A DNA stretch of 64,000 nt from Hormiphora californensis (taxonomy: Eukaryota > Animalia > Ctenophora), in contig CM035356.1 in NCBI GenBank assembly GCA_020137815.1, forward strand, positions 4,650,001 through 4,714,000, written 5' to 3'. Positions 45,901-60,157 of this stretch are shown here, piece by piece. The position numbers were made by a program, and so were the translations under genes. Under the pieces are notes generated by a model, which was not told where the DNA came from, did no database searches, and was given only the letters and a program-made list of their open reading frames with translations. Every line of letters starts with the position of its first letter. Position 1 is the stretch's first letter.

Positions 45901-47897
45901 GGGGGTCAGTAGGAGGGGCTGGGGCGGGCTGGGAGGGGGAGTGGGTCACTGGGCCCCCGTCACTGGTCAGTTCCGGTGTATTCTGGGGGTGGTCCCGGGG
46001 TGGTTAAAGGGCCAGTTCTCAGCCAATATTATACAGGGGGAAGGTATGCTATTATCATGGGTTCGCCACACGGCTTCCATCACCTCGAATACTTCATTCT
46101 TTTCCTACCACACACATGTCTTTTTTGCAGAGCTGGAGTTGAGGAGATATACCGAGGTTCAGAATGTACGGAATCTGTTTGCGACATTGTGCAGAGACGA
46201 TTTGGGTATGTTACTAGAGTTTTACATATAATATACTTCTTACAAATTAAAAACAACGGTAGTTTTTAAGTCCTATACAATTGTTTCATGGTGTCTCACG
46301 AGGAGACACTAATCATCAGTAATATTCTTCTAATATCAGCGTATTAGCTACGCAGAAAATGATGGTAAACCGATAAACTGGGGGGGGGGGGGGGGCCTGC
46401 CGCAAAAATCTCAGCTACCCTCTTTTCGGCCGATAAGATTTTTGAGATTTTTGTGGTAAATTGGAACAATTTTGGCTGCCAATACTCAATTTTTCGACAT
46501 ATTTTTTAGCTTAAAACTGAATCATAATAGCAGTTTAGTAATTTAAATTGGTAGATTTCATTTTTAGCTTCACATTAACTTTTGTACTAGAACACAAGGA
46601 AAATTTCTATTCAGAATTTTGATTTTTGGTAGAAAAACACAACGATAGTTTCTATTCCAAATTTTCGAATGGAAAGTTTTCCTTTCTATGAGATTTTTGA
46701 GAAAAATTTGCAGGTTTTCCCCGAAAAATCGCAAATTTGCCTCAAAAATCCCACGTTATTTAGCCAAAAATCGAAAATCTCAAAAATCCCAGCTACCCTG
46801 AAAATCGCCAATGAGGCATGAGATTCTTGCGGCAGGCCCCCCCCCCCTAAACTATTCGATAGAATTAAATTCGATAGAATTAAATTCGATAGAATTAAAT
46901 TCGATAGAATTAAATTCGATAGAATTAAATTCGATAGAATTAAATTCGCTCAACTTCCTCCGAGCTTCTCTTAGTTCTGAGTTTTCTAGAAACCGTTTAA
47001 CCGCATTGTCGGACGGAGATTGGTATATTAATTAAAATATAAAATCCTTACTTATAAAACAAAATCGAGTTATATTAAGAAAGTTCTCGAGAAAAGTTGT
47101 ACTCCCCAAAATTCCCCCCAGCTTTGCACCGAAACAACCCATTTTACATGTTCCTAACCCCGTGTTATTTCCAGGTTTGGAAGAACCAACTGAAGCACTC
47201 AATAGATGGTTACTAGAGCAGCAGCTGAATAGAGCCCCCTCACAGCTGGAGCCCCTACTTTGTTTCTCAGGTATTTTGTTGTGTTGTTAGGGGTTACTAG
47301 GGGGTTACTAGGGGGTTGCTAGGGGTTACTAGAGCAGCAGCTGAATAGAGCCCCCTCACAGCTGGAGCCCCTACTTTGTTTCTCAGGTATTTTGTTGTGT
47401 TGTTAGGGGTTACTAGGGGGGTTACTAGGGGTTACTAGGGGGTTACTAGGGGTTACTAGAGCAGCAGCTGAATAGGGCCCCCTCACAGCTGGAGCCCCTA
47501 CTTTGTTTCTCAGGTATTTTGTATTTCCTTTTGTGAAGGATAGGGTAGATCAGTGCCCAGTGGGGTGGATCAGATCTTTTTGGATTATTTTAGACTTTTG
47601 TAGCATTGAAAAAGTCCATCCATCGGTACCCTTATTTAGGGCCAGACCCCCGCCGGATAGCGTACAATCTAACATTGACTCAAATTCTATCTCCCTTCAG
47701 ATAAAAAGTCAGTGTCGATGTATCGGGAGATTCTGCAAGACGTGCCTGTAAAATGTCGCTTCCCTGGCCGGACCAGGACATGTACTTCCACTGTGAATCA
47801 TTTTATAAGCAAACTACGGGAACTTGCAGCAGATCACCTGTAAGGACATATCATTTGTAGTTCTCTTTCTCTCGTTCATTCTCTTTCTTTCTCTCTT

Positions 47898-47956
<59 letters not shown>

Positions 47957-47983
47957 CTTTCTCTCTCTTTCTTTCTCTTTCTA

Positions 47984-48059
<76 letters not shown>

Positions 48060-48194
48060 TCTCGCTCTCGCTCTCTTTTACTTTGAACATTTTTATCCTC
48101 TCGGCTCTCAGTATATATCCCCTCTATCGTTTCTGATTTCTCAGTAACTATCTAAAAGCCTTTATGAAAGCTTAATAAGCCGTTAGTAGGAATT

Positions 48195-48238
<44 letters not shown>

Positions 48239-51200
48239 AGGGCAGAAAAAGATCGGTCACAAGTTGACACAGCTTTGGATAGAATCCTCGTTGATAACAT
48301 TGATTCCAGCGATTCAAGGGTAACTTTAAGTGAGCTCAATAACTCAGATTGAGAAAGCCATGTCACTTTACCACCACATTATCACTATCAGTACAGGGCT
48401 ACATTCTTATTACATTACATTATTGCACTACATTATTACTATCAGTGCAGGGTTACATTCTTGTGGAAAACGGGTACAATCTAGGATAACCTTGTGGTGG
48501 TGGTGGTGGATAACCTGGTATCTTCTCTTGCATTTAGGGATGTTAACCACCCATTAACCACCCAACTACCCACCCCTCTAACCACCCATCTAACCACCCC
48601 GTTAACCGCTCATCTAACCACCCAAATAACACCCATCTAACCACCCATCTAACCACCCATCTAACCACCCATCTAACCACCCATCTAACCACCCATCTAA
48701 CCACCCATCTAACCACCCATCTAACCACCCATCTAACCACCCATCTAACCACCCATCTAACCACCCCTCTAACCACCCATCTAACCACCCATCTAACCAC
48801 CCATCTAACCACCCATCTAACCACCCATCTAACCACCCATCTAACCACCCATCTAACACCCGTTAACCACTCCTCTAACCACCCATCTAACCACCCCTCT
48901 AACCACCCATCTAACCACCCATCTAACCACCCATCTAACCACCCAAATAACCACCCCTCTAACCACCCAACTACCCACCCATCTACCCACCCAACTACCC
49001 ACCCAACTAACCACCCAACTAACCACCCATTTAACACCCATCTAACCACCCATCTAACCACCCCTCTAACCACCCAAATAACACCCATCTAACCACCCAT
49101 TAACCACCCATTTAACCACCCATCTAACCACCCACCTAACCACCCATCTAACCACCTCTCTAACCACCCAACTACCCATCCCTCTAACCACCCATCTAAC
49201 CACCCATCTAACCACCCACCTAACCACCCATCTAACCACCCAACTACCCACCCATCTAACCACCCGTTAACCACCCCTCTAACCACCCCTCTAACCACCC
49301 TTCTAACCACCCATCTAACCACCCATCTAACCACCCATCTAACCACCCCATCTAACCACCCATCTAACCACCCATCTAACCACCCCTCTAACCACCCATC
49401 TAACCACCCAAATAACACCCATCTAACCACCCCTCTAACCACCCATTTAACACCTGTTAACCACTCCTCTAACCACCCATCTAACCACCCCTCTAACCAC
49501 CCATCTAACCACCTGTTAACCACCCATCTAACCACCCCATCTAACCACCCATCTAACCACCCATCTAACCACCCATCTAACCACCCATCTAACCACCCCT
49601 CTAACCACCCATCTAACCACCCATCTAACCACCCATCTAACCACCCATCTACCCACCCCTCTAACCACCCATCTAACCACCCATCTAACTACCCATCTAA
49701 CCACCCCTCTAACCACCCATTTAACACCTGTTAACCACACCTGTTAACCACCCATCTAACCACCCCTCTAACCACCCATCTAACCACCCAACTAACCACC
49801 CATCTAACCACCCACCTAACCACCCATATAACCACCCATCTAACCACCCATCTAACCACCTGTTAACCACCCATCTAACCACCCATCTAACCACCTGTTA
49901 ACCACCCATCTAACCACCTAGAAACTGGTTGCCCAGCTACGGGAGGAGTGTAGGATACCTCTGGAGAATCATTACAAACCCATCATCGAGAAAATATGTG
50001 AGAAAATGAACGAGGAAAACAAGGCTGCCGGAAAGAGAATTCTTGATTTTGCTCGGGAAAAACTCGCTTTCACTGAACTAGATGTCGGAAATGTCAACAG
50101 AATCTCAGAAAAACGTGAGGATGATGGTGACACATATAATGTTAACCTATAATTGTAACATTGTAACCGTGGTAACACGATATTCCCCAGTTACCTCTTG
50201 GTTACGAAGTCACCCCTATTATTGCATAGCGCAGAGGGGGAATTTCATTACCAAAGTTACCTCCTGCCGACCTGCTCAGCCCCTTGCATCCTGCTGTAAT
50301 GTTAACATTGTAACTATGGTAACACGATATTCCACAGTTACCTCCTGCCGACCTGCCCAGCCCCTTGCATCCTGCTGTAATGTTAACATTGTAACCATGG
50401 TAACACGATATTCCCCAGTTACCTCCTGCCGACCTGCCCAGCCCCTTGCCTCCTGCTGTAATGTTAACATTGTAACCATGGTAACACGATATTCCCCAGT
50501 TACCTCCTGCCGACCTGCCCAGCCCCTTGCCTCCGAACTGACTGCCACTACGGTTGAAGAGTGCACCGTATCAGAGTGTAGTGCCGATAACCTAAACCTG
50601 GGAGAGAGACAGTGTTCGATTAGGTACACCCCGAGAGAAGGGGAGCCAGCCTCAATGAGCATCAACTTCAAACATTACAAGAAGCTGGTAAGTAGGGGGG
50701 GTGGGGGTCCGCACACTCCAGAGCTAACTAGGGGGTTACTAGGGGGTTGCTAGGGGGTTGCTAGGGGTTACTAGGGGGTTGTAGCTGAATAGAGAAGGGG
50801 AACCAGCCTCAATGAGCATCAACCTCAACCATTACAAGAAGCTGGTTAGTAGGGGGGTGGGGGTCCGCACACTCCAGAGCTAACTAGGGGGTTACTAGGG
50901 GGTTACTAGGGGGTTGCTAGGGGTTACTAGGGGGTTGTAGCTGAATAGAGAAGGGGAATCTGCCTCAATGAGCATCAACCTCAACCATTACAAGAAGCTG
51001 GTTAGTAGGGGGGTGGGGGTCCGCACACTCCAGAGCTAACTAGGGGGTTACTAGGGGGTTACTAGGGGGTTGCTAGGGGTTACTAGGGGGTTGTAGCTTA
51101 ATAGAGAAGGGGAATCTGCCTCAATGAGTATCAACCTCAAGCATTACAAGAAGCTGGTTAGTAGGGGGGTGGGGGTCCGCACACTCCAGAGCTAACGAAA

Positions 51201-54200
51201 TAACCCCTCCCTTGCCAGCGCGCTGAGGGGTTATTTCGTAACCAACTCCAGAAATTATGATGTAATTATGGGGGTAATCTTGGGGCAAGGGGATTTCGTT
51301 ATGTGCAGGAGATCCGACTTTAATTCACTCTACCGTTTACCATGACGTGTCGTGCTGGGAGGTGACCAATGAATGAAGCAGGGTAGTTTCTAAATGACAG
51401 CCACCTTTCTAAAGGGAGGGCAATGGTGGACAAGCTAACCAATGGTTCCATAGTATAGATATTTAAATTCAACGGAATTCAGAGAGGCACATATATAAAA
51501 TATATATAAATCGTTTATTCCGTTACCATTCCTCCTTAGATATAATATCGATCAAAGAATATTATAATATTGAGAATCTTCAGTTAAATACACCTTGGGA
51601 TAATTCTGGAGATAATTCTGAAGATAATTTATATCATTTCTTCTTCTCGAAGAGGAACCAGTCAAATTATATATTACATTCTTGAAGGAGAATGAAACGT
51701 AAATACAGTCGAACCCCGATTTACCGGGCCCCGATTTACCGGGAGTAAAAACTTCCCCCGATTTAGGAAATTAACGGTATATCGCCCCGATATACCGGGC
51801 ACCCCGATTTACTGGGCAAAACCCTTTGATTTGATTTGATTTGAAAAAGGTAAAATATAAAGATACATTGATACTTCATACAAAACCCGACAGACTCTCT
51901 ATTAAAATAGACTAGCGCACCCATTGGGTGCGCCTCAAGTAAGGGCTTTTTGACAACCCACCCGGCTTCGCCGGGCAGTTCTTTTCGCCCTTTCAACGTC
52001 AATAACACGGTTGCCATGGCAACTGAATTGGTAACCATGAAGACTGGCATCTTAAAATTCATTCGAAAATATTAACAAACTTCCACTGGAAGTTCCAAAA
52101 GTGTGAGCAACAGCTTTACAGCTTTGGTCACATAAAGTGTTTTATGAAGGAGCACTGTCGCGTAGAAACGCACTGAACGAACGACCACCACTTCGACGCG
52201 ACATCTCCAAATTATAATAGAGATGCCCAAGGCATGAGTGCTTACGTCTTAAATTTAGATAAAGTGTAAAAATGTAGTATAAAAATACGTCATGTTAGCT
52301 ATATACACACTCGATTAGAAATATATATTGGTTTAATAGTAATAAATTAAGTTAATAGGTTAATAAGTTCCGGAGTAACCCTTCCAAACCCAAACCCTCC
52401 CTACCCCAGTCAGTGTCAACTGTCAATTTGTGTCAATTGGTATTGGCGCATCACCGGGCAACAACTTTTAAGTTTCAAACATTTCGAACACAACTCCAAA
52501 CCCATCAACAATTTCTATGACCTCAAACTCCTAAAAACAATAAACATATTATACCATTTACAATTGTTGCCAAGTGATCCGCCAATGATAAGGAAAAAAT
52601 TCAGACAGAAGGCTGGATACTAGATGCATTCCACAAATGCTTCTTAAGTTCTGAGGAAAATATCACATGGTCACTAATGCTACGAATATCATGCGGTAGG
52701 GAATTCCACTCTATGTGGGTGCGGTAGAAAAAGGAATCTTTAAAAACATCTATTCTAGGGCGCTCATCACACACTACGTAAGTCGCGTCTTTGTTTATTT
52801 GTTGTCTTGTACGTGGTCGGTCATTGTCAACAGTTGGGTCAAAACGTCTCATGTAAGGGGGGAATTCTATTGGTATAAGCTTGTAAAGTATCTTATGGAA
52901 CATTTTAAGATCATTATATAGGAACTTAGAAGACATGGGTAGGATCTTAAGTTCCTTGAGCCTAGTTACGTACACTTCGTTGCTGTAACTACACTCCAAT
53001 TCATTGAATACCCATTTTACGGCCCTTTTTTGCATCTTTTCAAATTTTTCAATACTAGATGCAGAAATGGGCCGCCATACTTCGCTACAGTGTTCATATA
53101 GTGACCTTACTAAACTAATGAAGAGAGTTTTGCGTTTTCTCTGCGACTGAACTAGGTCAGAACACGTTCTCCTCACTAGACCTAACCTCTGGGAAGATTT
53201 TGATAGGAGCTTGTTCTGATGGTGGGTTGACGAAAGTTTATTTGTAGTCAGAACACCCAGATCAGTCTCCGTTTGACTAGGACCTATTTGTGTGCTTCCC
53301 AGATGGTATGTTAAATGTACAGGATTTTGTTTTAGGGAACATCTAAGGAGCTTACACTTATCAGGATGAAAGTGTATTTTGTTATTCTCGCTCCAGATCA
53401 ACAATCTATCTATGTCAGGTTGGAGACTATCTCCGCTACTTTTAATGATACGCCAGATTTTCATATCATCTGCATAAAGCCTTATATTTGTGTCCATTCC
53501 GACTTGATCCACTATATCGTTGATGAAAAGGACAAAGAGGAAGGGACCAAGTATAGAGCCTTGGGGGACTCCACTCCTAACTGAGCTCCAGTTTGAGAAC
53601 TTTCCATCCAGTACAACCCTTTGTCGTCGGTCGGAAAGATACTCTTTGATAAATTGGAGCATTCTACCATTAATGTTATAGTCTACTTTAAGTTTTTTAA
53701 GAATCACATCATGAGAGACGCTGTCAAAAGCCTTTTTAAAATCAAAGAACACTATATCAGTCTGCAGACCTTTATTTAGGTTAAGGGCAAGATCACAATT
53801 GAAGTCTATAAGCTGGGTACTGCAGGACTTAAGGGGAACGAACCCATGTTGAAACGGAGTTATTTTAGGAAGACAAACCCTATAAAGCCTCTCTCGAACT
53901 AACTTTTCTAAAACTTTCATTGTTAGGCAGGTTAAGGATATCGGCCTGTAGTTCTCGATGTTTGCCTTATCCCCTTTTTTATGAATGGGTACCACATTGG
54001 CATTTTTCCATTCTTGGGGGAATTTACCCTCTCTATAGGATCTATTAAAAATTAGAGTTAAAGGGTATGCAATGGATCGACAACACTTTTTTAGTAAAAT
54101 ACCCGGTATATTATCAGGTCCTGTAGCTTTTGAGGGGTCAAGCTTACGTAGTATTTCTAGAACCTCATCGACATGAAACATTTCATCGTTAAAGTCGTTT

Positions 54201-57200
54201 TCATGATTACGTGTCACATCGATGTGTTCCTGGTAACTACTAGCTTCAGTAAACTGATCACTGAAAAAGGTGTTAAATATTTCGGCCTTTTCCATGCTCT
54301 CAGTTCGAAACTTCTTCCCGTAGAACACAGTGTCAGGGATTCTAGAACTTGATTTCTGCGATTTCACATGCTTAAAAAACTTTTTGCTGACCTCAGCTGA
54401 GCTATTATTTTCATTTATAAACGGCATGTCATAATAGCTCCGTTCTTTTTCTAGTGACTGGGTTCTATACAAATCTTCTGTCTCGATGTGATACCGCACC
54501 ATACTTTCATTATCTGGGTGCTTTATCACATCAGCTCTTGCTCGGTCTAGGTCTTTTTTAAGTGATCTGAGCTCATCATCGTACCATGGTGGCTGTGAGC
54601 CCAGTTTCACTGATACAAGAGGCACATGCTTTCGGAGTGTAATATCAAGTCTTGACTTGAAGATCTGCCAGCATACTTCAGCTGACATTCCCTCAAATCT
54701 ACTCAACCAGTTCTCCGAAAGTAATTCTTCATCAAGTGCCTCCCAGTTTGCTTTTTTAAACGCAAACTTTTTAGTAGTGGTATACTTTGGTCGGATCTTT
54801 CTAATAGACAGATGACAATGTATAGTAAAATGATCCGACTTCATGAGCCCGCTCTCAACCACGGAAACTTCAGAGAAAAGATTTTCGTTGCTGGTAAGTA
54901 GGAGATCTAGAATGTTTCCATCTTTGTGAGTTGGCTCATTTATCATGGCCTTAAGTCCCAGGGAATTGAATAGGTGAATATAATCTTCATGAATTGAGCT
55001 GTTCGAAACAGGTAGATCCCAATCTTTGATAGTACTGAGATTGAGATCTCCAAAAATAGAGAGATTTTTATACTTCTTCATAAGATTAGTGTAATACACT
55101 TCTACTCCTTTGAAGAAGTCTAAACCTGAGTAATCGTACCTGTACAGTGTGGAAAGGCAGATTGGTGTTGTATTTTTAGGTTTAAGGAGTATAGAAACTA
55201 TAGGTAGTTCAGTTTTAGTATCAATCTGCTGAACCTCTACTCCTAAATCATTTTTGGCTAGAATCAACACACCACCACCACCACACTTTCCATACTTCTC
55301 CATATCCACTTTCGTTCTGTCTTTTCGGAATATGGAGTAGTACTTATCAGAGACAACTTCCCCATCTTGCACATGTTCATTGAGCCATGTCTCATTTAAC
55401 AGTACAATATCGGGAAGGTACTACTACTTAAGAATAATATAAAAACACAATTAGCATACCACTGATACATAATTGGCCACTGCATTCCGTGAGCATCCAG
55501 ATTAGCAGGGGCTTTTTTAGATATACAAGAAGGTGCATACAAGAGCATTAGACCTGTAAGGAGGTAGGTTATAGCTACATGTATAGAGAATATTAATATT
55601 TCAAATGGGGTGATAAAGCTAGAAGACGGGGGCTTGTCAGTGTATATATTAATGCCATTGTCTGTGTCATTGTCCTGTCTATTTTTACCTTCCCTGTTAC
55701 CCCCCGCAAACAACCCGATAGCGATTCTGTATTGTTCTACACTGATACCCATTCAATCAAAACTTGTACTTGTGGGTAGTCAGGTAGGGGTACATAGGGG
55801 GTATAGATGTATGAATTCGACACAAAGTAAAGTAAATTAAAACTCCCAAAAACCCCCAGTGTAATTAACTTTGTCACCAAACTCTCAATTCAATATCACT
55901 CAAACTCGAAGGACAGCTCATAATATATCATATCACACTATAAACTAGCTTCTTAGCCACCATATATCCATATCTATTAAGATGTATCCCATCTTTGCAA
56001 AAGAGTCTATTATTAACATATAACATATTAGATTGCTTGGCCCTAGTTAGAAATTCATTAGTCCAAAATAGAGTATAACATCCCATCTCAAAACAAATTT
56101 TATTAATCATATTATTAAAATTCCACACATTTCCAACAGTAAACCTATGCTCCGGCCTCATTGGGATGAGATGGGCAACAAAAATAATGGCGTTTGTAAA
56201 CATATCTCTCGCCTCCTTAATCAGAGCCCTCATGGGATTCTCAAGATGTTTAATGCAGGGAGGGTTTCCTCTCTTCCCTCTGAGGTAGCGCAGGTCGTTT
56301 GTTCCAAAGGCTATTATGACCTTACCAACCTTGATGTCAGGCTCACTCCTCCTAAACTCTTGTAGTATCTCAGACGCCGTCCTGCCTCTCCATTCCTGGT
56401 GGGGTGAAACGAGCCTAGCCCCAGAGGTGGAGAGATTAACAAATCCAGGTCCATTGGGTATCCACTTTGTCAGGGAAGTACCGAGAAGTACAGACACCTC
56501 CTGATCTTGAGATGGGGGTGATGGTAGTACAGCTTCCCCCGAGCATCCCAGTAAATCGGGGTCCGACTGTATAAAGGTTTTTCGGATTTTCACTAAACAT
56601 GAATATACCTAAAGAAGTTCTGTTTGTGTACTGAAACTTAATTTTGGGTAGGAGGGACAATTTGCATCTAGGGTAGGAGGGACATATTAATTACAAAACT
56701 AATTAACTAACTAATTGACTAATTGACTAATTGCAGGAGAAGCTGTATAAAAGTACTGGTTTAGATTCTTCCGGCAAGGGACTTGGTTCGAGAGTTTGGT
56801 GTCTTCTAAAGCGATACAAGGTAATTACTGATCTCCAATCAATTAAAGTTTTCCAATTGGTCTAGTAATGCTCACTTTTAACTATGTAATTAACAACAAT
56901 TAATAATGATTATTTGTCAGATGCTTCGCTCCTCTATGACTGGTGGCGGTAGATTACACCAGGAAAACTTTGGGCTCCATGCGGCCCTACCTCGGAAAGC
57001 ATTCGATCTCCTGAACCGGAAGTTTGGGGTCACATTTGAGTGTTTTGCCTCACCCCTCAACTGCTACTTCGGTCAATACTGCTCCGCCTTCCCTGACATT
57101 GATTGCTATTTCGGGTCTCGTGGATCTTTCTTCGAGTTCAAACCTAAATCTGGGTCATTTCAAGCGAACCCCCCATTCTCAGAGGAAGTTATGATGGCGA

Positions 57201-57230
57201 TGGCGAATCACATGATCAGTTTACTGGAAG
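41748..57230 (+). CDS. PCIF1: mRNA cap-adjacent adenosine N6-methyltransferase (CAPAM); 3' exons lie outside the window or were not found
   Basis: Phase-compatible exons ~41748-41810, 43007-43316, 43542-43637, 45073-45196, 45379-45540, 45779-45870, 46131-46205, 47175-47270, 47701-47839, 48241-48319, 49922-50114, 50500-50686, 56737-56820, 56921-57230. Contains a WW domain plus [43 protein letters not shown] and the catalytic ANPPF motif. Confidence 0.9.
43704..44009 (-). mobile_element. Non-autonomous Helitron-like element (~305 bp); copies at 51912-52223 (-) and ~61030-62247 (+, interrupted)
   Basis: 5' TC and 3' CTAG, inserted between A and T with no TSD; subterminal hairpins cacccggcgaagccgggtg and gcgcacccaatgggtgcgc. 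Confidence 0.78.
44115..44861 (+). CDS. Charged coiled-coil protein with two PAM2-like (PABP-binding) motifs, nested in a PCIF1 intron on the same strand
   Basis: [12 protein letters not shown] and [11 protein letters not shown] motifs, acceptor tatactag at 44081, stop at 44859-44861 and AATAAA at 44873. Confidence 0.72.
   Translation: MNESYREPYTLLRDVRQVYFEYIMSNHNPSPAKESKEAIANVRRMKTEQDMAKTKKEEKEEEKEIEQDMAKTKKGQEEKEEENEIEEDVDLKLDQIDKLKEEIQVETEEKYKNSKIEKRNRDNTKRKELQLPSTKEKKEQKKEQKKDQKKGEDKTVLINGAAAAAVDDYGESCGEEEDVIKSSALNPDAAEFSPFKSIPSLSSPPLNVDAAEFVPRQDSPLKGAFQPTTVTIINGKSVKRFPSTREYR
46380..46847. mobile_element. MITE with G-rich TIRs
   Basis: gggggcctgccgcaaaaatctca / tgagattcttgcggcaggccccc, with taaact repeated on both flanks. 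Confidence 0.7.
48545..49920. repeat. 12-bp minisatellite (taaccacccatc)n in a PCIF1 intron
   Basis: About 1.4 kb of tandem array. Confidence 0.95.
51706..56569. mobile_element. TA-flanked cagtcggaccccgattta MITE split by a LINE; family copies at ~45611-45760, 60333-62525 and 63174-63389
   Basis: The halves 51706-51822 and ~56530-56569 rejoin to match the reverse complement of the 60333 copy's arm. Confidence 0.75.
51826..56525 (-). mobile_element. CR1/Crack-group LINE with an SGNH-esterase ORF1 (5'-truncated) and an internally deleted ORF2
   Basis: ORF1 remnant LLGTSL...GTNDL...DGIHLN. The ORF2 N-terminus [15 protein letters not shown] is joined out of frame to the APE ([11 protein letters not shown]). 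RT at 52601-55372 with YADD, and an (ATCAA)n tail at ~51826-51845. Confidence 0.88.
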
Positions 57231-58276
57231 GTAAGCATCAATACCCCCCCTCCCTTTTTAGTCACCCACCCCCGCATCAATATTGATTGTTACCCCCTCC
57301 CGGCTACCCCCTCCCCCCCCCCCCCCCCCCCGCCGCATATTAGACTGTCATATATAGATAAAACCACTCAAATATTATATCTATAATAATTATACACCTA
57401 CTTTCTACAATATCAAACATATAAATTCTCATTTTCTCAAATTACACACTCATACAAAATCACCCAATCCATGTGCCAAGTCCTATCCCATGCTTCCCAA
57501 CCCCTCACACCCCTCTCTCTCCAACCTCTATCCCCACTCCACTGTGTGTGATAACAAAGTGGACACTCCACCTAACCATCATATACAGTGGAGTGGGGAT
57601 GGAGGTTGGAGAGGGAGATGAGGTGGGGTCAAGGATCGATGAGATAGAAATTGGGGCATGCCTCAGAATCAAAGGGGTTGAAGCTTTATAATAGGAGACA
57701 CCAGGGTGGTATGCACAAAATATGTACACCACACACATGTATAATTACAAGTGTATGGCGCATATTTTTTGTGCGTACCACGCTAGTGTCTCATAGTAGT
57801 GATCGTCAAGAGGAGATTGGAATTAACATGATTCAATCTAAATTACAGACTAGCACTGATCTGTCCGGGGTTTTCTCTCTAACAATTCCTGATACAGGGT
57901 GTCATAAATTAAATGTAAGGTGGTGTTTAATTTTTGACACCCTGTACATGTGGTGATTTAAAGAGAAAATCCCAGGCTCAACCATTTTTTGTTCAATCTA
58001 TAATTTAGATTGGATCTAGTACCCGCTACTGTGGACCCTAGAGTGGGGGTCAGCGGGGTTCTGGAATCATTTTCAACATGAAAAATATCGGCTGGTTGTC
58101 TATTAGATAAGAGTCATATCTCTCTCTCTCTGTTCTAAAGAAAGTTCTTCTTTCACTGTCTCTGTCTCTATCTATCTCTCTCTCTCTATCTCTCTTTCTC
58201 TCTCTCTCTCTCTCTATCTCTCTCTATCACTCACTCTCTCTATCTTTCTGTCTCTCTCTAAAACGGTCTAACCCGT

Positions 58277-58954
58277 TTACTCCTTGCCCGAATTCTTGAC
58301 GGTCTCAAGAAACACCTTTCTCCCGGAATCCCCACTTTTCGTCTTATTCCGTGTCCTCCCATTGGCTGCGCAATTGATCTCCGCCGGGGCTTCAACAGTC
58401 ACCGCCTGTTCCTCTGTTGTTAGGATACCAAACCTCTTTGCACCCTTTTGCATTCTAAGAGCCCTTGCCAGCGCCTCATCCTTAGCCCGTTTCTCTGTTA
58501 CCTGGGTGGGACTGAGCGGGGAACACGCCACCAACTTTAAATGGCTCAGCTCCTCTGCCAACTGGGTTATCTCTACAGCAGGAAGTGGAACTGTGGTGGT
58601 TGGGTGGCTAGGTGGGGAGGGTTCGTCTGAGATATCTTCCTCACTCCGAGATAGGGCACACGTGTTGGGTGTTGTCCTCCAGTCGGGCTCCACGGGGCTT
58701 TTCGAAAACACTGGATCCTCGCATATGGGAGAGGGCCTAGGAGGGGTGTTGAATAAGTATCAATGGGCCGGTGGATTAATTAAAGGTAGTATTAGTTAAT
58801 TAATTGATTAATTAATCACATTTTTAACGTACCCATTGTGTTGGCACTGAGAACTAGCGGCACTTTCAGTTGTTATTTCTCCAAAAACCACCTCTATAAT
58901 TTCCAGGGCTTGCTTTAGGAGCTCTCTCATCTTGAGAAGCTGACCGGTTGAGAT
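58277..58954 (-). CDS. 3' exons of an unidentified antisense gene, probably inside a PCIF1 intron
   Basis: Exon 58954-58833 (ISTGQLLKMRELLKQALEII...NG|gtacgt) joins exon 58736-58277 (ctag|PSPICEDPVFSK...GKE*) in phase 2. Confidence 0.55.
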
Positions 58955-58959
58955 CTGGG

Positions 58960-59402
58960 GGAGGAGGGGTGATAATGAGATCTGAGGGGTGATAATGAGA
59001 TCTGAGGGGTGATAATGAGATCTGAGGGGTGATAATGAGATCTGAGGGGTGGATAGTGAGATCTGAGGGGTGGATAGTGAGATCTGAGGGGTGATAATGA
59101 GATCTGAGGGGTTAATAATGAGATCTGAGGGGTGATAATGAGATCTGAGGGGTGGATAGTGAGATCTGAGGGGTGGATAGTGAGATCTGAGGGGTGGATA
59201 GTGAGATCTGAGGGGTGGATAGTGAGATCTGAGGGGTGGATAGTGAGATCTGAGGGGTGGATAGTGAGATCTGAGGGGTGGATAGTGAGATCTGAGGGGT
59301 GGATAGTGAGATCTGAGGGGTGGATAGTGAGATCTGAGGGGTGGATAGTGAGATCTGAGGGGTGGATAGTGAGATCTGAGGGGTGGATAGTGAGATCTGA
59401 GG
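58960..59402. repeat. 20/21-bp minisatellite (gagatctgaggggtggatagt)n
   Basis: Tandem array abutting the minus-strand acceptor at 58955. Confidence 0.92.
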
Positions 59403-60064
59403 GGGGGAGGGGTTTGTTCGGGTTTAAAATCAAAATTTTTATTTTAACTTTGGCGTGTGCTGGCCCTTATATTGAATGAGAACTATCTATAGTTACCAAG
59501 TTACCCCCCCCCCCCAAGTTATATACATTAAATGAGAACTATCTGAGACTGGGGAAGATGGGCGTGTCATTTTAAAAACGTAATAGTAGGACTTGACATT
59601 AAAGAGACGGCTAGTTAGACATTTAGGTTATAGAGCTAGATCTGACATTTAGTTTATAGGGGTAACTCTCACAATGTGAGTCTCATAACTCTGTGAAACT
59701 AAATGAGGGATTAAACTTGGTGACTATCTGGTTACAGTTCTGGTTGCCATGCAGTAACCATGGTTACAGTTCTGGTAATGGTTACCATGGTTACAGTTCT
59801 GGGTGTGTAGATCACTTCCAACTGCGTGAACCCTGAATGTATTACCTCTGCCGTAACATTTGCTGTCATGGTAGTTCTTTGGTCAACTTCCATCATAGTA
59901 CCAATTATATAGAGCACACAATTCACAACACAGAAGAAATGAGGAGTGGTAGAATCAGAATGTCGTCTAGTTTTATACCACAGCCCTCAGTTCCACATGA
60001 GCCACTCATGATTTGTTTTGTTCACTGTCATTCACAAGATATATGTGTGTGGGAGAGAGATAGA

Positions 60065-60157
<93 letters not shown>

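Noticed and set aside
48543-49740. WLDG / VVRW repeat ORFs
   Set aside because: Translations of a 12-bp intronic minisatellite.
57515-57615. Pre-miRNA-like hairpin
   Set aside because: More simply a small inverted-repeat or MITE remnant; there is no expression evidence.
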